From positions 310,001 through 374,000 of the forward strand of contig NIVC01000093.1 in assembly GCA_002269645.1 (NCBI GenBank): a stretch of 64,000 nucleotides of DNA. Reading direction: 5' to 3'. Below, in pieces: positions 52,095-64,000 of the stretch. The translations under genes and the position numbers were made by a program. This DNA comes from Macrostomum lignano. Taxonomy: Eukaryota. How positions within the stretch are numbered: the stretch's first letter is position 1; every line of letters starts with the position of its first letter. The notes below the pieces were generated by a model that was not told the DNA's origin, ran no database searches, and saw only the letters and a program-made list of their open reading frames with translations.

Positions 52095-55000
52095 TCAAGC
52101 CTCAATCATTTCCGAATCGATTGTTGCCTGCGAGCCAGCAGAATCGCCGCGTGCTTTGTACCGGATGATACGAAATGAGCAACAACGACGCCTGACCACA
52201 ATTATTACTATTAGTAGCAGGACTATCACTAGAAAGACCCCACAAGACAGCGAGACTATTAATATCAAACTTAACTCATGGCTTTCTGGAGCAGAGTATG
52301 ACGTGGTGACGCTGACGGTTGAATCTGATTGGCTGGAAGCGTATGAAACTGAACTTGTAACAATGCTTGAAGCTGATTGGCTGGAAGGGTATGAAACTGA
52401 ACTTGTAACAATGCTTGAAGCTGATTGGCTGGTTGGCTGAATGGAAGACGCAGTGGCAGCGCTAGATCCACTGCAATCGTCTGGCAGAGTAAAGTTGAAC
52501 ACAGACTGTCCGGCAAGTTGCGGCGGTCCGGCGCAGAGCCATCTGGTCAAATCAGGAATTCGCTCTCTCACCCCGCTGTTGTGCAGAGCCAGTCTAAGCC
52601 AGGCGAGCTCGCAGTCGCATCTGAACGGATTCCCGGCCGCTTTCAGCCATTCGAAATTTCTGCCGTTGAATTGGAGCAACATTGGCAACGGATTGACCGA
52701 GGCTCCGTCCGTTCCACCGATGGTAGTCAGGCGCGACGAGGACACGTCCAGCTGGACTAGCTTAGCTGGCATCGGGCCAGCCCAGCCCGTCAGCGGCGTC
52801 GCAGCCATAGATAGTCGGCGGAGTTTGTCCAATCCGGCCAACGTTTGAGGCGACAGGTGCGAAATCGACGAACCATCTAAGATCAGGTCGGTCAAGTAGC
52901 CGCCGACTCCAGCCAGAGCGCCGTCTTCGATGTGCAGCAAGCCCGGACAGTTGGCCAAGTCTAGGAGACTCAACCTGGGAAGACGACCCGCCGGTAGCAG
53001 GTCCGCTGACAGGCGAGTCAGACCGGCTGAAGCTCGCAGGAACAGCGAGATGAAACGGTAAGAAAACTTTGTGGACTGGAATAAATAAGGATTAGGTTGG
53101 GATGTTTTTGTGTAGTTACTCTGGAAAGTAAACCATCACTTGGGGGTGGGGGGTCGCTATGGATTTCATGGTGAATGGGGACAAGGCCAAGAAATCTACA
53201 AAACTAAATTCCTACATTGTTTTCAGAATGGGTGTCGTTAGCACTCATTTTGGCGCCGCAGCACTCATTTTGGCGCCGCAGGTACTCATTTTGGCACCGC
53301 AGACACCCATTTTGGTGCCGCAGGCACTCATTTTGGCGCCGCAGGCACTCATTTTGGCACCACAGACACCCTTTTTGGCACCGCAGGCACTCATTTTGGC
53401 GCCGCAGGCACTCATTTTGGCACCGCAGACACCCATTTTGGTGCCACAGACACTCATTTTGGTGCCACAGACACTCATTTTGGTGCCACAGGCACTCATT
53501 TTGGCACTGAAGACACCCATTTTGGTGCCACAGGCACTCATTTTGGCACTGAAGACACCCATTTTGGTGCCACAGGCACTCATTTTGGCACTGAAGACAC
53601 CCATTTTGGTGCCACAGACACTCATTTTAGCGCCGCAGGCACTCATTTTGGCACTGCAGACACTCATTTTAGCGCCGCAGACACCCATTTTAGCGCCGCA
53701 GGCACTCATTTTGGCACTGCAGACACTCATTTTAGCGCCACAGACACTCATTTTAGCGCCGCAGACACCCATTTTGGCACTGCAGACACTCATTTTAGCG
53801 CCGCAGGCACTCATTTTGGCACTGCAGACACTCATTTTGGCACTGCAGGCACTCATTTTGGCACTGCAGACACTCATTTTGGCACTGCAGGCACTCATTT
53901 TGGTACTGCAGACACTCATTTTGGCACTGCAGACACTCATTTTGGCGCCGCAGGCACTCATTTTGGCACTGAAGACACTCATTTTAGCGCCACAGACACT
54001 CATTTTAGCGCCGCAGACACCCATTTTGGCACTGCAGACACTCATTTTAGCGCCGCAGGCACTCATTTTGGCACTGCAGACACTCATTTTGGCACTGCAG
54101 GCACTCATTTTGGCACTGCAGACACTCATTTTGGCACTGCAGGCACTCATTTTGGCACTGCAGACACTCATTTTGGCACTGCAGACACTCATTTTGGCAC
54201 TGCAGACACTCATTTTGGCGCCGCAGGCACTCATTTTGGCACTGAAGACACCCATTTTGGTGCCACAGACACTCATTTTAGCGCCGCAGGCACTCATTTT
54301 GGCACTGCAGACACTCATTTTGGCACTGCAGGCACTCATTTTGGCACTGCAGACACTCATTTTGGCACTGCAGACACTCATTTTGGCACTGCAGACACTC
54401 ATTTTGGCACTGCAGACACTCATTTTGGCACTGCAGACACTCATTTTGGTGCCACAGACACTCATTTTGGCACCGCAGACACTCATTTTGGCACCGCAGA
54501 CACCCACTTTGGTGCCACAGACACTCATTTTCGCGCCGCAGTCGCTATATTTTGGCACCCTTGAAGCAAAATTATTGCTTCCAATAACGGGTCAAAAGGT
54601 GGGCGGGGGTTCGACACAGCATTGGCATGCCCCGCCCATAGCGAGGGGGACATGCGGGATCTTGATGGGGAATAGAGATGCAGTGTTATCACAAAGCTAA
54701 ATTAAAAACTTTACCTACCTGAAACAGTTCGATCAGATTTTCTCCTGTAACTGAGTTGCCGCTTAGGTCCAGGTTCCTCAAAGTTTGCGCCAGATCTGTC
54801 AGTGTTGTGTTCTCAATGTACCGCAGACTCACTGAGCTCATCTTTAGACTAGACAGATCTTTGCTGTTCTTCAAATTTGCGAACACCTTTCGAGATAGGG
54901 TCAGCCACTGATTGCCGCTCAATGAGACGACCGTGAGCTCGGCGCAGTGCAAGTAGGAGTCCGGAAAGACCTCATTATTGATTTGATTATTGTCCAAAAT

Positions 55001-55420
55001 CAGTCGCTGCAATTTTGGCGCAAACTGGCACACCTGCGGCAGCGAAGCCAGCCGATTCTGCGACAGGTACAGACGGCGAAGAGAGCTCAGGCCACGCAGA
55101 GATTCGTTGCCCAGCAGTGAGAGTCCGTTACCGTTCAGGTAAAGATCGGTCAACCGGTTCAGGCCGGGCTCAAACGCACCATCAGGTATGCTGGCAATCT
55201 TGTTTGCCTGAAGAAACAGCTTGCTTGTGCGATTCGATAAACCTTGGGGAATCCTCGTCAGCCCCTGACTTTGACAGTCAGTCTCAATAGTATCGTCAGA
55301 TAGGACTTTGCATTGGCAGTCCTTTGGGCATGTGTGAGCACTTGCCAGACTCTCAGTGTGTAGCAATAAGAGTGCTAGAAAGCACAATAAAACAAAAGGG
55401 ATAGAAATTCTGTGTAGCAT
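52095..55420 (-). CDS. Leucine-rich-repeat single-pass receptor (SP, LRRNT, LRRs, LRRCT, Ser/Thr stalk, TM, short tail), ~560 aa, 2 exons
   Basis: Exon 1 55420-54719 (signal peptide, CPKDCQC, LxxLYLxxNxL repeats) joins in phase 0 to exon 2 53075-52095 (more LRRs, NPFRCDCELAWL...CAGP, TM LILIVSLSCGVFLVIVLLLIVIIVV, RRR). Confidence 0.9.
53235..54540. repeat. 21-bp minisatellite (acactcattttggcactgcag)n filling the LRR-gene intron
   Basis: About 60 units. Confidence 0.97.
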
Positions 55421-55828
55421 CTTTGGACCGAAGAACTGCTACATGTAGTTTATAGTTGTCCAACTCCTATATACATGTAGCTACTCTCGACAATTTCCAG
55501 TAAATTTTGGCTTGCAAAAGCATTTCCAATGATAGAGATAAGGATCGGTTGAAAGCGTGCAAAAGTGGTCGAGCTCTCCTAAAAAATGTGACAAAAATAG
55601 CTAGTTACAGAAAGTGGACAGTGAAATTCGGTGTGCTCATGCCTGGAACAGATTCCTGGAAATCAAGCGAGCTTCCAAGAGTTGTCAGGTGCACCCGCGG
55701 TTACTGTACAGTCCTGGCGTGACTCTAACTTGATAAATTTTATCAACCATGTAGCGACTCGGCAGGTTGAGTACATTGAAAAGTAATGATAATTTTGTTC
55801 TCACGAGTGTCAAAATTCAAATTAGAAT

Positions 55829-56395
55829 CTACTTTTCTACATAGTCCCCCTCCAGGGTCAGGCACTTCTCCATGCGGTGTCGCCATCTCTCCAGGCCATA
55901 CGCGTAAAACTTAGGAGGCTGTGCAGCAAGCCACTATACATTAGCCTTTTTGGCAGCCTCTTTGTCCTCATGTTGGACTCCTTTGATTGCTTCCTTCAGT
56001 TTGGGAAACAAGAAAAAGTCCAAAGGAGCCAAATCAGGGCTATATGGAGGATGCTGGAGGATTTCCCAGCAGAAATCTTGCAGGGCTTCACGGCAGAGCC
56101 GAGAAGTGTGGGCTATTCGGAGTGGAACTTTTGCAGAAGCGACTCAAACTAGGTGGCACTGATCGTCTTCTGGCTTTCCAAGCAGTCCAACATCACCACT
56201 CCCTCAACATCCCAGAAGATGGTCGCCAAGACCTTCGCTGCAGACCCTTCCGCACGGGAACTTCTTGGGGCCCGCTGAACCTCGTGGCAGCCACTCCTTG
56301 GATTGGACCTTGGACTCGGGATTATACTGAAATGTCCATGTTTCATCCCCGGTCACTAAGCGCTGGTAAAAGTTTTCTGAATCAGCATCCAAGCA
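55829..56395 (-). pseudogene. Mariner transposase relic (catalytic half)
   Basis: RLVTGDETW...KVLATIFWD...SPDLAPLDFFLFPKLKEAIKG...RWRHRMEKCLTLEGDYVEK*; frameshifted. Confidence 0.9.
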
Positions 56396-57271
56396 GGCCA
56401 GTCGGATTATTAATGTTCACCCAGATTCATTCAACCGTTAGGTGGTAGCAGTGTTACGAGCTGCTTCATCACCATGTTTTCTTAATTGTTTATTCAAAGA
56501 CCTATTAACGAAAAATTCCCACGTGACAATGGCTAGCTGTTCTCTCTTGTTTTGGCTTTGATACGTATCTGAGAATAGACGCAGATGGCAAGACCGAACA
56601 TCCTGGTGGAATCATTCTAAACTGCAAGCTGATCCGTTCAAGCCTCGAGGTTGTGGTGAGTCAGACAGCCCCAAACCCGACTTCGGCGTGTTCTGGTGTT
56701 GTCTTATGAGCCATTGGAAGTCACAGTTACCAAATAGCACCGTTGATCTCTACTTTTCTCAGTAGATAGTAGTGAATACCTCTATTTAAAAAAAATCTTT
56801 TCAATGACTGACTCTGAATCTTGAGAAAGTAAAAAAACGATCCAACAAAACCGGACTTTATCTGGGCGACTTTTTGATCGATTCATCTGCGGATATGAGG
56901 ATTTATAGATTTTTATCGAAAATTTGCAAGTATCTACAGATATAGTTAGTAGTACTCTACGAACGTATTTTATTAATCAATAAACATGTTTTCATACCGT
57001 AAGCATAACTTTTGCATGTAGGAACTTGGCAAAAATTATTAAATTTTGTAATCCGTCTGTTTAAAAAATGTTTAGGAATATAAAAACAAAGAGCTTTTGA
57101 GACAATCAGTAAAAACCCGAATTTACTAGAATACGAGCGTATTTATTAAATAGTCGGTTGGCTTGCGAAAAATAATACAGCATTTGCAAGTTTTGAGGAC
57201 TGTGAACGAAATAAACCAAAAATATTTGATGTGCGTTGAAAAGGTTTTCCCTGCTTCAATTTTACTCAGGT

Positions 57272-57315
57272 AGACAGACAGACAAACAAATAGACCAGAC
57301 AGCAGACAGACAGAC

Positions 57316-57400
<85 letters not shown>

Positions 57401-57410
57401 GGCAGACAGA
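57272..57410. repeat. (GACA)n microsatellite
   Basis: Directly visible. Confidence 0.95.
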
Positions 57411-57635
57411 TGAGGATGAGCTACAGGAGGGTTACATAAAATAACAAAACACTTTTAGTTATAAGCATTGAAAAAAATTCACACAAAATTTGTGGTTCAA
57501 AAATGTCTGCAATTCCATTTACAGTTGCTTTGCGACTCTTTTGCAGTCCAAGACGAATGTCGCTTCAGAGGATTCAATACTACTTGAGTAGTCTCAAACT
57601 AGATGTAGCCTTCTGAGTCCTGTTTGGCTTACAGT

Positions 57636-60600
57636 TTAAACCGGTTGAGTCTTGGAAGAATCGCCCTTGCACAGGTGCACAGCGAAGACCAAAATAAGAG
57701 TCTACAATTCAATAAAAGAAAAGTTGTTTATCAGCAGATTTAAAACAAAAAGCATCGAAATAAAAATCACTGCTATTGTGAGACAGGTTCTCGGGGCATT
57801 GTGCGCAGAAAGAAATTGCATTAACTTTTCTATCCACCCCGATTCTGTTTGTTCAGCAGCCGTAGCCTGCCGGGGCAATTTGAATGTCTAAGGTGTAGGG
57901 CTAGTGTAGGAATATTTGCCCAACTGCAGCTGACACACCCACTCTCTCTACCCCTGCCTGTATTTGCCAAAGACTCCACTCCGGTTATTCATTAGTTTAT
58001 TTACTAATCACCATGGTAACGAACAGAAACCTTCGTCACGCAATTAACTTTTCTTCAATACGCCTTTTCATTCTGAAGTACCTGCTCGATTCATTTTGTG
58101 CTTCGTTGCAATTTTCTATGCGCAGAGATAGATATAATTAGAGAGGTGTACGCTTTTAACTTAATTCCATGAAAAGCATTTTTGGCTTAGCTAATTAAAA
58201 CCAATATTACTAATGAGCACCTGTATAGCTTGGTGCTTATTTTAATGGCAAAAACATATTTAGCTAATTAGTTTATGCCTATTATCAGCTGTTCCACTTT
58301 GATAATTGGGTTTTCTGCCTGCGTATATTTTCCGTTGGGTTGGTTTGAATTTTACAGCGTGTGTGTGGAAAAAGGCATCCAACGTTTGCAAGGATTTTTT
58401 ATTGCCTAATTTTCTAAAAAAATCTAGTTTTATAGTTACTCCTTCCTTTTTTTACCATCAGCGGTACTCGTCTGTCTTGGGAATACTACGTGAATGTGCT
58501 CACACACTTAGCCCCTTGCCAAATCCCACTGGTGTTTTCTTTCTCAGTAATAATTCTCCACTGCCATAGCCAACACACTCCATATTCTTCACTCGCTACC
58601 ATAGACAAAACTCTCCATATTCTACCATTTGTCTACCATATTCTACCATTTGTATACCATATTCTACCATTTGTATACCATAGACAAAACTCTTCACTCG
58701 CTACGACAGACAGCACTCTTCATATTCTCCACTCGCTACCATAAACAGCACTCTTCATATTCTCCGCTGCCATAGACAACACTCTCCATATTCTCCACTC
58801 GCTGCCATAGACAACACTCTCCATATTCTCCACTTGCTACTATAGACAGCACTCTCCATATTCTCCACTCGCTTTCATAGACAACACTCTCCATCTTTTC
58901 CACTCGCTGCCATAGACAACACTCTCCATATTCTCCACTCGCTACCATAAACAGCACTCTTCATATTCTCCGCTGCCATAGATAACACTCTCCATATTCT
59001 CCACTCGCTGCCATAGACAACACTCTCCATATTCTCCACTCGCTACTATAGACAGCACTCTCCATATTCTCCACTCGCTACCATAAACAGCACTCTTCAT
59101 ATTCTCCGCTGCCATAGATAACACTCTCCATATTCTCCACTCGCTGCCATAGACAACACTCTCCATATTCTCCACTCGCTGCCATAGACAGCACTCTCCA
59201 TATTCTTCACTCGCTACCATAGACAGCACTCTTCATATTCTCCGCTGCCATAGATAACACTCTCCATATTCTCCACTCGCTGCCATAGACAACACTCTTC
59301 ATATTCTCCACTCGCTGCCATAGACAACACTCTCCATATTCTCCACTCGCTACCATAGACAACATTCTTCATATTCTCCACTCGCTGCCATAGACAGCAC
59401 TCTCCATATTCTCCACTCGCTGCCATAGACAGCACTCTTCATATTCTTCACTCGCTACCATAGACAGCACTCTTCATATTCTCCGCTGCCATAGACAGCA
59501 CTCTCCATATTCTCCACTCGCTACCATAGACAAAACTGTCCATATTCTCCACTCGCTGTCATAGACAAAACTCTCCATATTCTCCACTCGCTGCCACAGA
59601 CAACACTCTCCATATTCTCCACTCGCTGCCATAGACAGCACTCTCCATATTCTCCACTCGCTGTCATAGACAACACTCTCCACATTCTCCACTCGCTGCC
59701 ATAGACAGCACTCTCCATATTCTCCACTCGCTGTCATAGACAGTGAAGAGTCACTGATTCAGTTTTATCTAGCTATCTGTCATTTTCTCTACAGAGAGTT
59801 ACTCGTTATTCGTATGAGTGTCAAGTCGTACCTGGAGCAAAACGATAGCAGCCGTGCCCAAAGCGGCATAGGTGATGTTAGTCTGCACGGTGGTGTCAAT
59901 TTTCTCCCAACAGCCAACATTCAAGTTGGTGTACTGGATCGACGTGTGGTTCGACTGCAGGCAGCCAGTGTAGTTTGAGGTCCGGCAGCAGGTCAGAGGA
60001 TAGGCGATGTCTACAATCGAGGTGACGGATGATGAGAAGGTAAAATTAAGTGCGTCTCGAACTCAACGATGTAATGCAGATAAAGAAAACTTTAACAAAA
60101 AATCAATGGTCAATATTTTTGTTCAACTGTTCAGCGTCTTGCTTATTAATCACTAAATTGGCAATTTATCGCCTGTACTTCCGAAGGTCGTGGTTGAAGC
60201 TAGTACCTACGAATGTTCAGGCCCGATATGGTTTTAAAAGTTTCTTTGTTTGACTCCGTTTTAGGAAAGAAAAACTAATATTAGACTAGCAAACAGGTAA
60301 CTAATCGTTCTTTCTATCTATCTAAATGACCTCTAACTAAGCTTATTCAAATTCGAAGTCTTACGCTTCGCTTGTTAAAATGGTCGTTGGAAAATCGATA
60401 CTCTGAGTGAGAAATCTTTAAATCAGGGTAAATATTAAAATTAGCAAACTCACTGGTGTAAGAAACGCTGTTGTACGTCACATTCCTAGTCCACAGCTTG
60501 GCTGAAGCGAAGTCTGTACCGTTCGTGATACCGCAGCATCCAAGACTGGTGTGGAACACATTCCACAGAATGGTTTCCATGTTCATGTTTGAATAGCCGC

Positions 60601-61706
60601 TGTACTTGTTATTGATGGTGTCTTGCATATACGTTTTGGCTCGGGAGATAAACTGAAAGATACAGAATTCAGGTATTATTTAGTAAGTATCTGTTTGTTT
60701 ACATCGAAGAATGGGATCTTACCGTGTCCCTAGCAGCATAGTAGACAATGATCAGAGTTACTTGGCCAGCAATCAGGATTCCCAGCAGTACGATGTACTG
60801 AAGTAGTGAGCGTGTTTTTCTTCGTTACCCTAAGATTCTTAAACATATTCATAAAATAATATTCACAGCTGTACATCCGCTGTACATGCCGTGTGAGCTT
60901 GTGTATATGAGTGCGCGCGTGCGTACGGTATTGGCGCGCTGTGAATCGCCTCAGCGCTGGGTGCAAGACGATGTCGCCGAAGGTGTTCGCCGGGTTGCTC
61001 ACTATTAGAAAGCATTCATTTAAAAAAAATTCTTTCTTTTGAGAGGCAGGGTGTTAGATAGAAAACTACTAGTGAAGTGACTTTCCCTTCTGCATATAAT
61101 TCTTCAATGCTGACCTCCGACACAAACATCAATTTACTCAATTAGCAATATGGAAGCTCAGATAACTATACGCGTGAATATTAATATTATTTAACCTCTT
61201 GGACTTACAATAATCAGCATGATCTTTACTTCGCAGCAGACGGCAACAAGTCCAATAACTCCAACAGCCGCAATCACGATGCCCATTATGATGAAGGTAA
61301 CGGCAAGATTACCTGAAGTTTTACCATGGAAGTTTAGCTAGTGAAAATGACCATCGAGTTTAATTACTGAGCAGCCATAAACTTTACCAGTAATCTGAGG
61401 CAGCTGCTGGATGTAAGTCTCAATGTCGACGCTAGATCCCGTAGCCTTCAGATAGTTGTTTAACTCGTTGATGTAAGTTCGCAAATAGTTGACAACAACA
61501 GTTGTCAGGCCAAACTGCAGGATGAAGCCAACGATTAGGAAAATAACGCCTAGAAGCTGGAAAATAAACGATTAGTTGGTTGGATTATTTTACTTTTTCA
61601 TGAACATCTTACACTGTCAACATTGATGCACTTTTGAACGACAACTCACCACTGACACAATTGATAGAACGCCGCTAACAATTTTCATCAAAGCTTTGAC
61701 ACACAT
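57636..61706 (-). CDS. Tetraspanin, 282 aa, 7 exons
   Basis: Exons 61706-61650, 61556-61388, 61312-61209, 60797-60723, 60652-60454, 60010-59832, 57701-57636 (849 nt, all GT-AG, phase-consistent). Four TM segments; large loop with GCCG, PLTCC and GC motifs. Confidence 0.92.
58560..59745. repeat. 35-bp minisatellite (ctctccatattctccactcgctgccatagacaaca)n in tetraspanin intron 6
   Basis: About 33 units with shorter variants. Confidence 0.97.
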
Positions 61707-62956
61707 TGTTGTTGCAGTTAAAAGACAGTTATGTATTAGAACTGTATTAGAACTTTAATTATTAGCAAGTTGAAGCTTGTATTGCTCTAGAAGCGATTGC
61801 AACCTTAAATACCCGGTCTATTGCAGCGGGAAAGAATAGCAGGTTGAATCACAAGTTAGTAGTTTCGCCTTTGTTTTCCCGGGTAACCACGTTGGAGCAG
61901 GAAAAATATTAGCGGGGGTGGCTGTGAGGCTTAAGGCCAAGTCCTATGCAAGTAAAATAGAGGAGACTGCTGCTTCAGGTGAGCCAGTGGGTTGCAATGT
62001 TTGCTAGACGCTGCCATGGGCGTTTCCTGCGTACACAGAACTTAAATCAACCCTAGCTCAGTCCATCTCACTGTCCTAGTCTCACCCCTCTCTCAAGCTC
62101 AAACACCCAGAGAGTCCCAAGGCCTGCAGGGCAAATCCAATCAGCTGTCTTCAACACTGCTCAGACTTCGAAATCTCCATTTTTCTTCTCCCTGTCTTCT
62201 CTCCGTACATTTCGTTTCACCTGTTCTCTTTTACCCTTCAGCGGGAAATGATCATTCCATTCCTATCCTCTGCTGTTTTACAAATAAACTGTGCTGCCCA
62301 CAGTTTCCATGGAAACCTGTCCAGCAAGCTCAAAACTGCTCTTGTAGCAGGCTGCATTACTTGATTTTATTCCTGGCTTAATTATTATTCACATCGGGTA
62401 TTATTGGGTAGTTTTTTCTGTAGCAGATATCAGTAGATACGTAGATACGTTTGCTTTATTAGTGCACACTAATATTTTAAGGTATTAAGATGCATGAATA
62501 AGTTTATAGTCAGAAATAAATAAATCTTTTTTCCTGAATACGTAGCCTGTGTCCTTTGACGGCTCTTATTTAATTACGAGCTATGGAAATTACCTGAGCC
62601 TTGAAGATTTCTACCAGGAATATAGGACACAGCAGCCCAAAGTCCTACAAGATTCTATACTGAGCTGAAATCAATTAATGAAATTCACGATAAAGCCCAA
62701 ACCTCGATAATTGCATGACTCCATCAATTAGTCGATAGCCTGTGAGCAATGCGCCTAAGCAAACAAACCTCGTGTGTCAGTTCCTACTCCGCCAAATTCA
62801 TTGGATGGAAAGACCGGACGTGTGCGTTAGATACTGGGGACTCTGGGAAAAATTGCTATGTAATCATCGAATGCATCAAATTACCGATTGCAACAAAGTC
62901 TCAGTCAGACTGAAAACGCTACAGAAGACAGACAAGATCACACACCGAACAGTGCC

Positions 62957-64000
62957 ATGGACCAAGAAACAAGCATCGAAAGTGATATTAATGATTTCCT
63001 CTCTGACGAGGATTTTACGCATCTGCAGTACCTGCTGATGACGGACGATGCCACCGAGCTGATGCGACTGCGCCAGAAACATTTTTCTGCTGACGAAGCC
63101 AGATGGCAACGCTTCTTGCGCAGTCGATTGTCTCAGAACTACAGCGGTGTTACTCACTCCAGACAGATCTGTTGCTGCTTGGCTAGTAGAATCAACTCTT
63201 CGTGCGGTTCCAAACACCCTGGCGTTAGCAACCCCTTCCTTTTGACTGTGTTTTACGGAGCTGCCGATTCCATGCAGTACATGCTGCGCACTGGTGGCCC
63301 AGATCTGGCCAGCTCAACTGAGGATGGATGGAACGCGCTACACGTGCTGTGCTTTGCCGTCGCGACCGGGTCTTACAGTGCGCCCACATTGGAGGACGTT
63401 CTAAATGGTCGCTGCTTTCAGCTCAGCGACAAGCTGGAGTTACCATCCGCGGCTTCGAACAAGAGGCAATCAATTTTCTTTGTGAACTTCATTTATGGAA
63501 ATGTCTTTGGTCCGAAGCAGCTGTCTGAGTGGTCGTCCACAGCTCTTGCTGGCTGCGGGCTAACGCCTATTGAACTGTCAGTGATACTCGGTCGACCTGA
63601 TGTGGCCGAGATTCTGCTCTATTGTTGCTCGCCTGACTTTTGCACCGATAGCGTTTCTGAACTGGATCGCCAGTCCAAGACATTCGAGCATCCAAGGGTA
63701 CTATTGGACAGCTACGATTGCAATGCAACATCCAACAACAATGCCAGCAGATTCTTTGTCTCCCCGCTTCTGCTGATTGCAGACATGTTTAGCGTTGCAT
63801 CAGCTGACGACCTTCAGCAGCTGAAAGCATCGGGAGTTTGGCGTCGCGAATTTATATTTGCCCAGTGGATGAGCCTGCTGCAATCGCGAAATGGGAAATT
63901 CGTATATATCTCAATTGTGGGCTCATTTTTTCTATTCTTCACAATGCTCATTTCAACGACAAAAAGTGCTCAGAATCTGAGACAAACATGCGCTAACATG
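62957..64000 (+). CDS. Ankyrin-repeat membrane protein, probably a divergent TRP (TRPV-like) channel; 3'-partial
   Basis: gccATGg at 62957 opens a stop-free frame of 348 codons to the window end (absent from the ORF track). Contains NPFLLTVFYGAADSMQYML, GWNALHVL, GLTPIELSVILGRPDVAEILL and a first hydrophobic segment FVYISIVGSFFLFFTMLIST after ...QWMSLLQSRNGKF. The ORF is well supported; the TRPV label is tentative. Confidence 0.7.
   Translation, partial: MDQETSIESDINDFLSDEDFTHLQYLLMTDDATELMRLRQKHFSADEARWQRFLRSRLSQNYSGVTHSRQICCCLASRINSSCGSKHPGVSNPFLLTVFYGAADSMQYMLRTGGPDLASSTEDGWNALHVLCFAVATGSYSAPTLEDVLNGRCFQLSDKLELPSAASNKRQSIFFVNFIYGNVFGPKQLSEWSSTALAGCGLTPIELSVILGRPDVAEILLYCCSPDFCTDSVSELDRQSKTFEHPRVLLDSYDCNATSNNNASRFFVSPLLLIADMFSVASADDLQQLKASGVWRREFIFAQWMSLLQSRNGKFVYISIVGSFFLFFTMLISTTKSAQNLRQTCANM

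Noticed and set aside
53159-54700. 513-aa (+) and 437-aa (-) repetitive ORFs
   Set aside because: Translations of the 21-bp intronic minisatellite inside the LRR gene intron.
56570-56665. Possible + strand exon ending at a strong donor (gttgtg|gtgagt)
   Set aside because: No convincing acceptor, partner exon or recognisable peptide.

Overview
Eukaryotic (invertebrate animal) genomic DNA: AT-rich intergenic/intronic sequence, GC3-rich exons, spliceosomal introns, no prokaryotic features. I assembled spliced gene models by hand and checked splice phase at every junction: PAICS (5' part, -), SFT2D (+, 3 exons), a 14-exon ~1297-aa aldehyde oxidase/xanthine dehydrogenase-family gene (+), a C-type lectin + PAN/apple-like gene with a frame break (+), an Ig-TM-PPxY gene with a frame break (+), a neuronal calcium sensor (-), an LRR single-pass receptor (-), a 7-exon tetraspanin (-) and an ankyrin/TRPV-like ORF running off the right edge (absent from the ORF track). 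Most long introns are filled by their own unrelated minisatellite. TE content: two mariner relics, a MULE relic, a LINE RT fragment, the 3' half of a Gypsy element with an intact LTR, several MITEs with TIR/TSD, two Tc1/IS630-like mini-elements keeping only the HTH, and two tRNA-derived SINE families. I found no unambiguous new biological system. The best leads are the intron-specific minisatellites, the two frame-broken receptor/lectin genes, the divergent TRPV-like ORF, an inverted minisatellite pair around an exon, and a telomeric insert inside a minisatellite. All family assignments are by motif recognition from memory; no database search was run. The repeat style is reminiscent of macrostomid flatworms, but the taxon is unverified.
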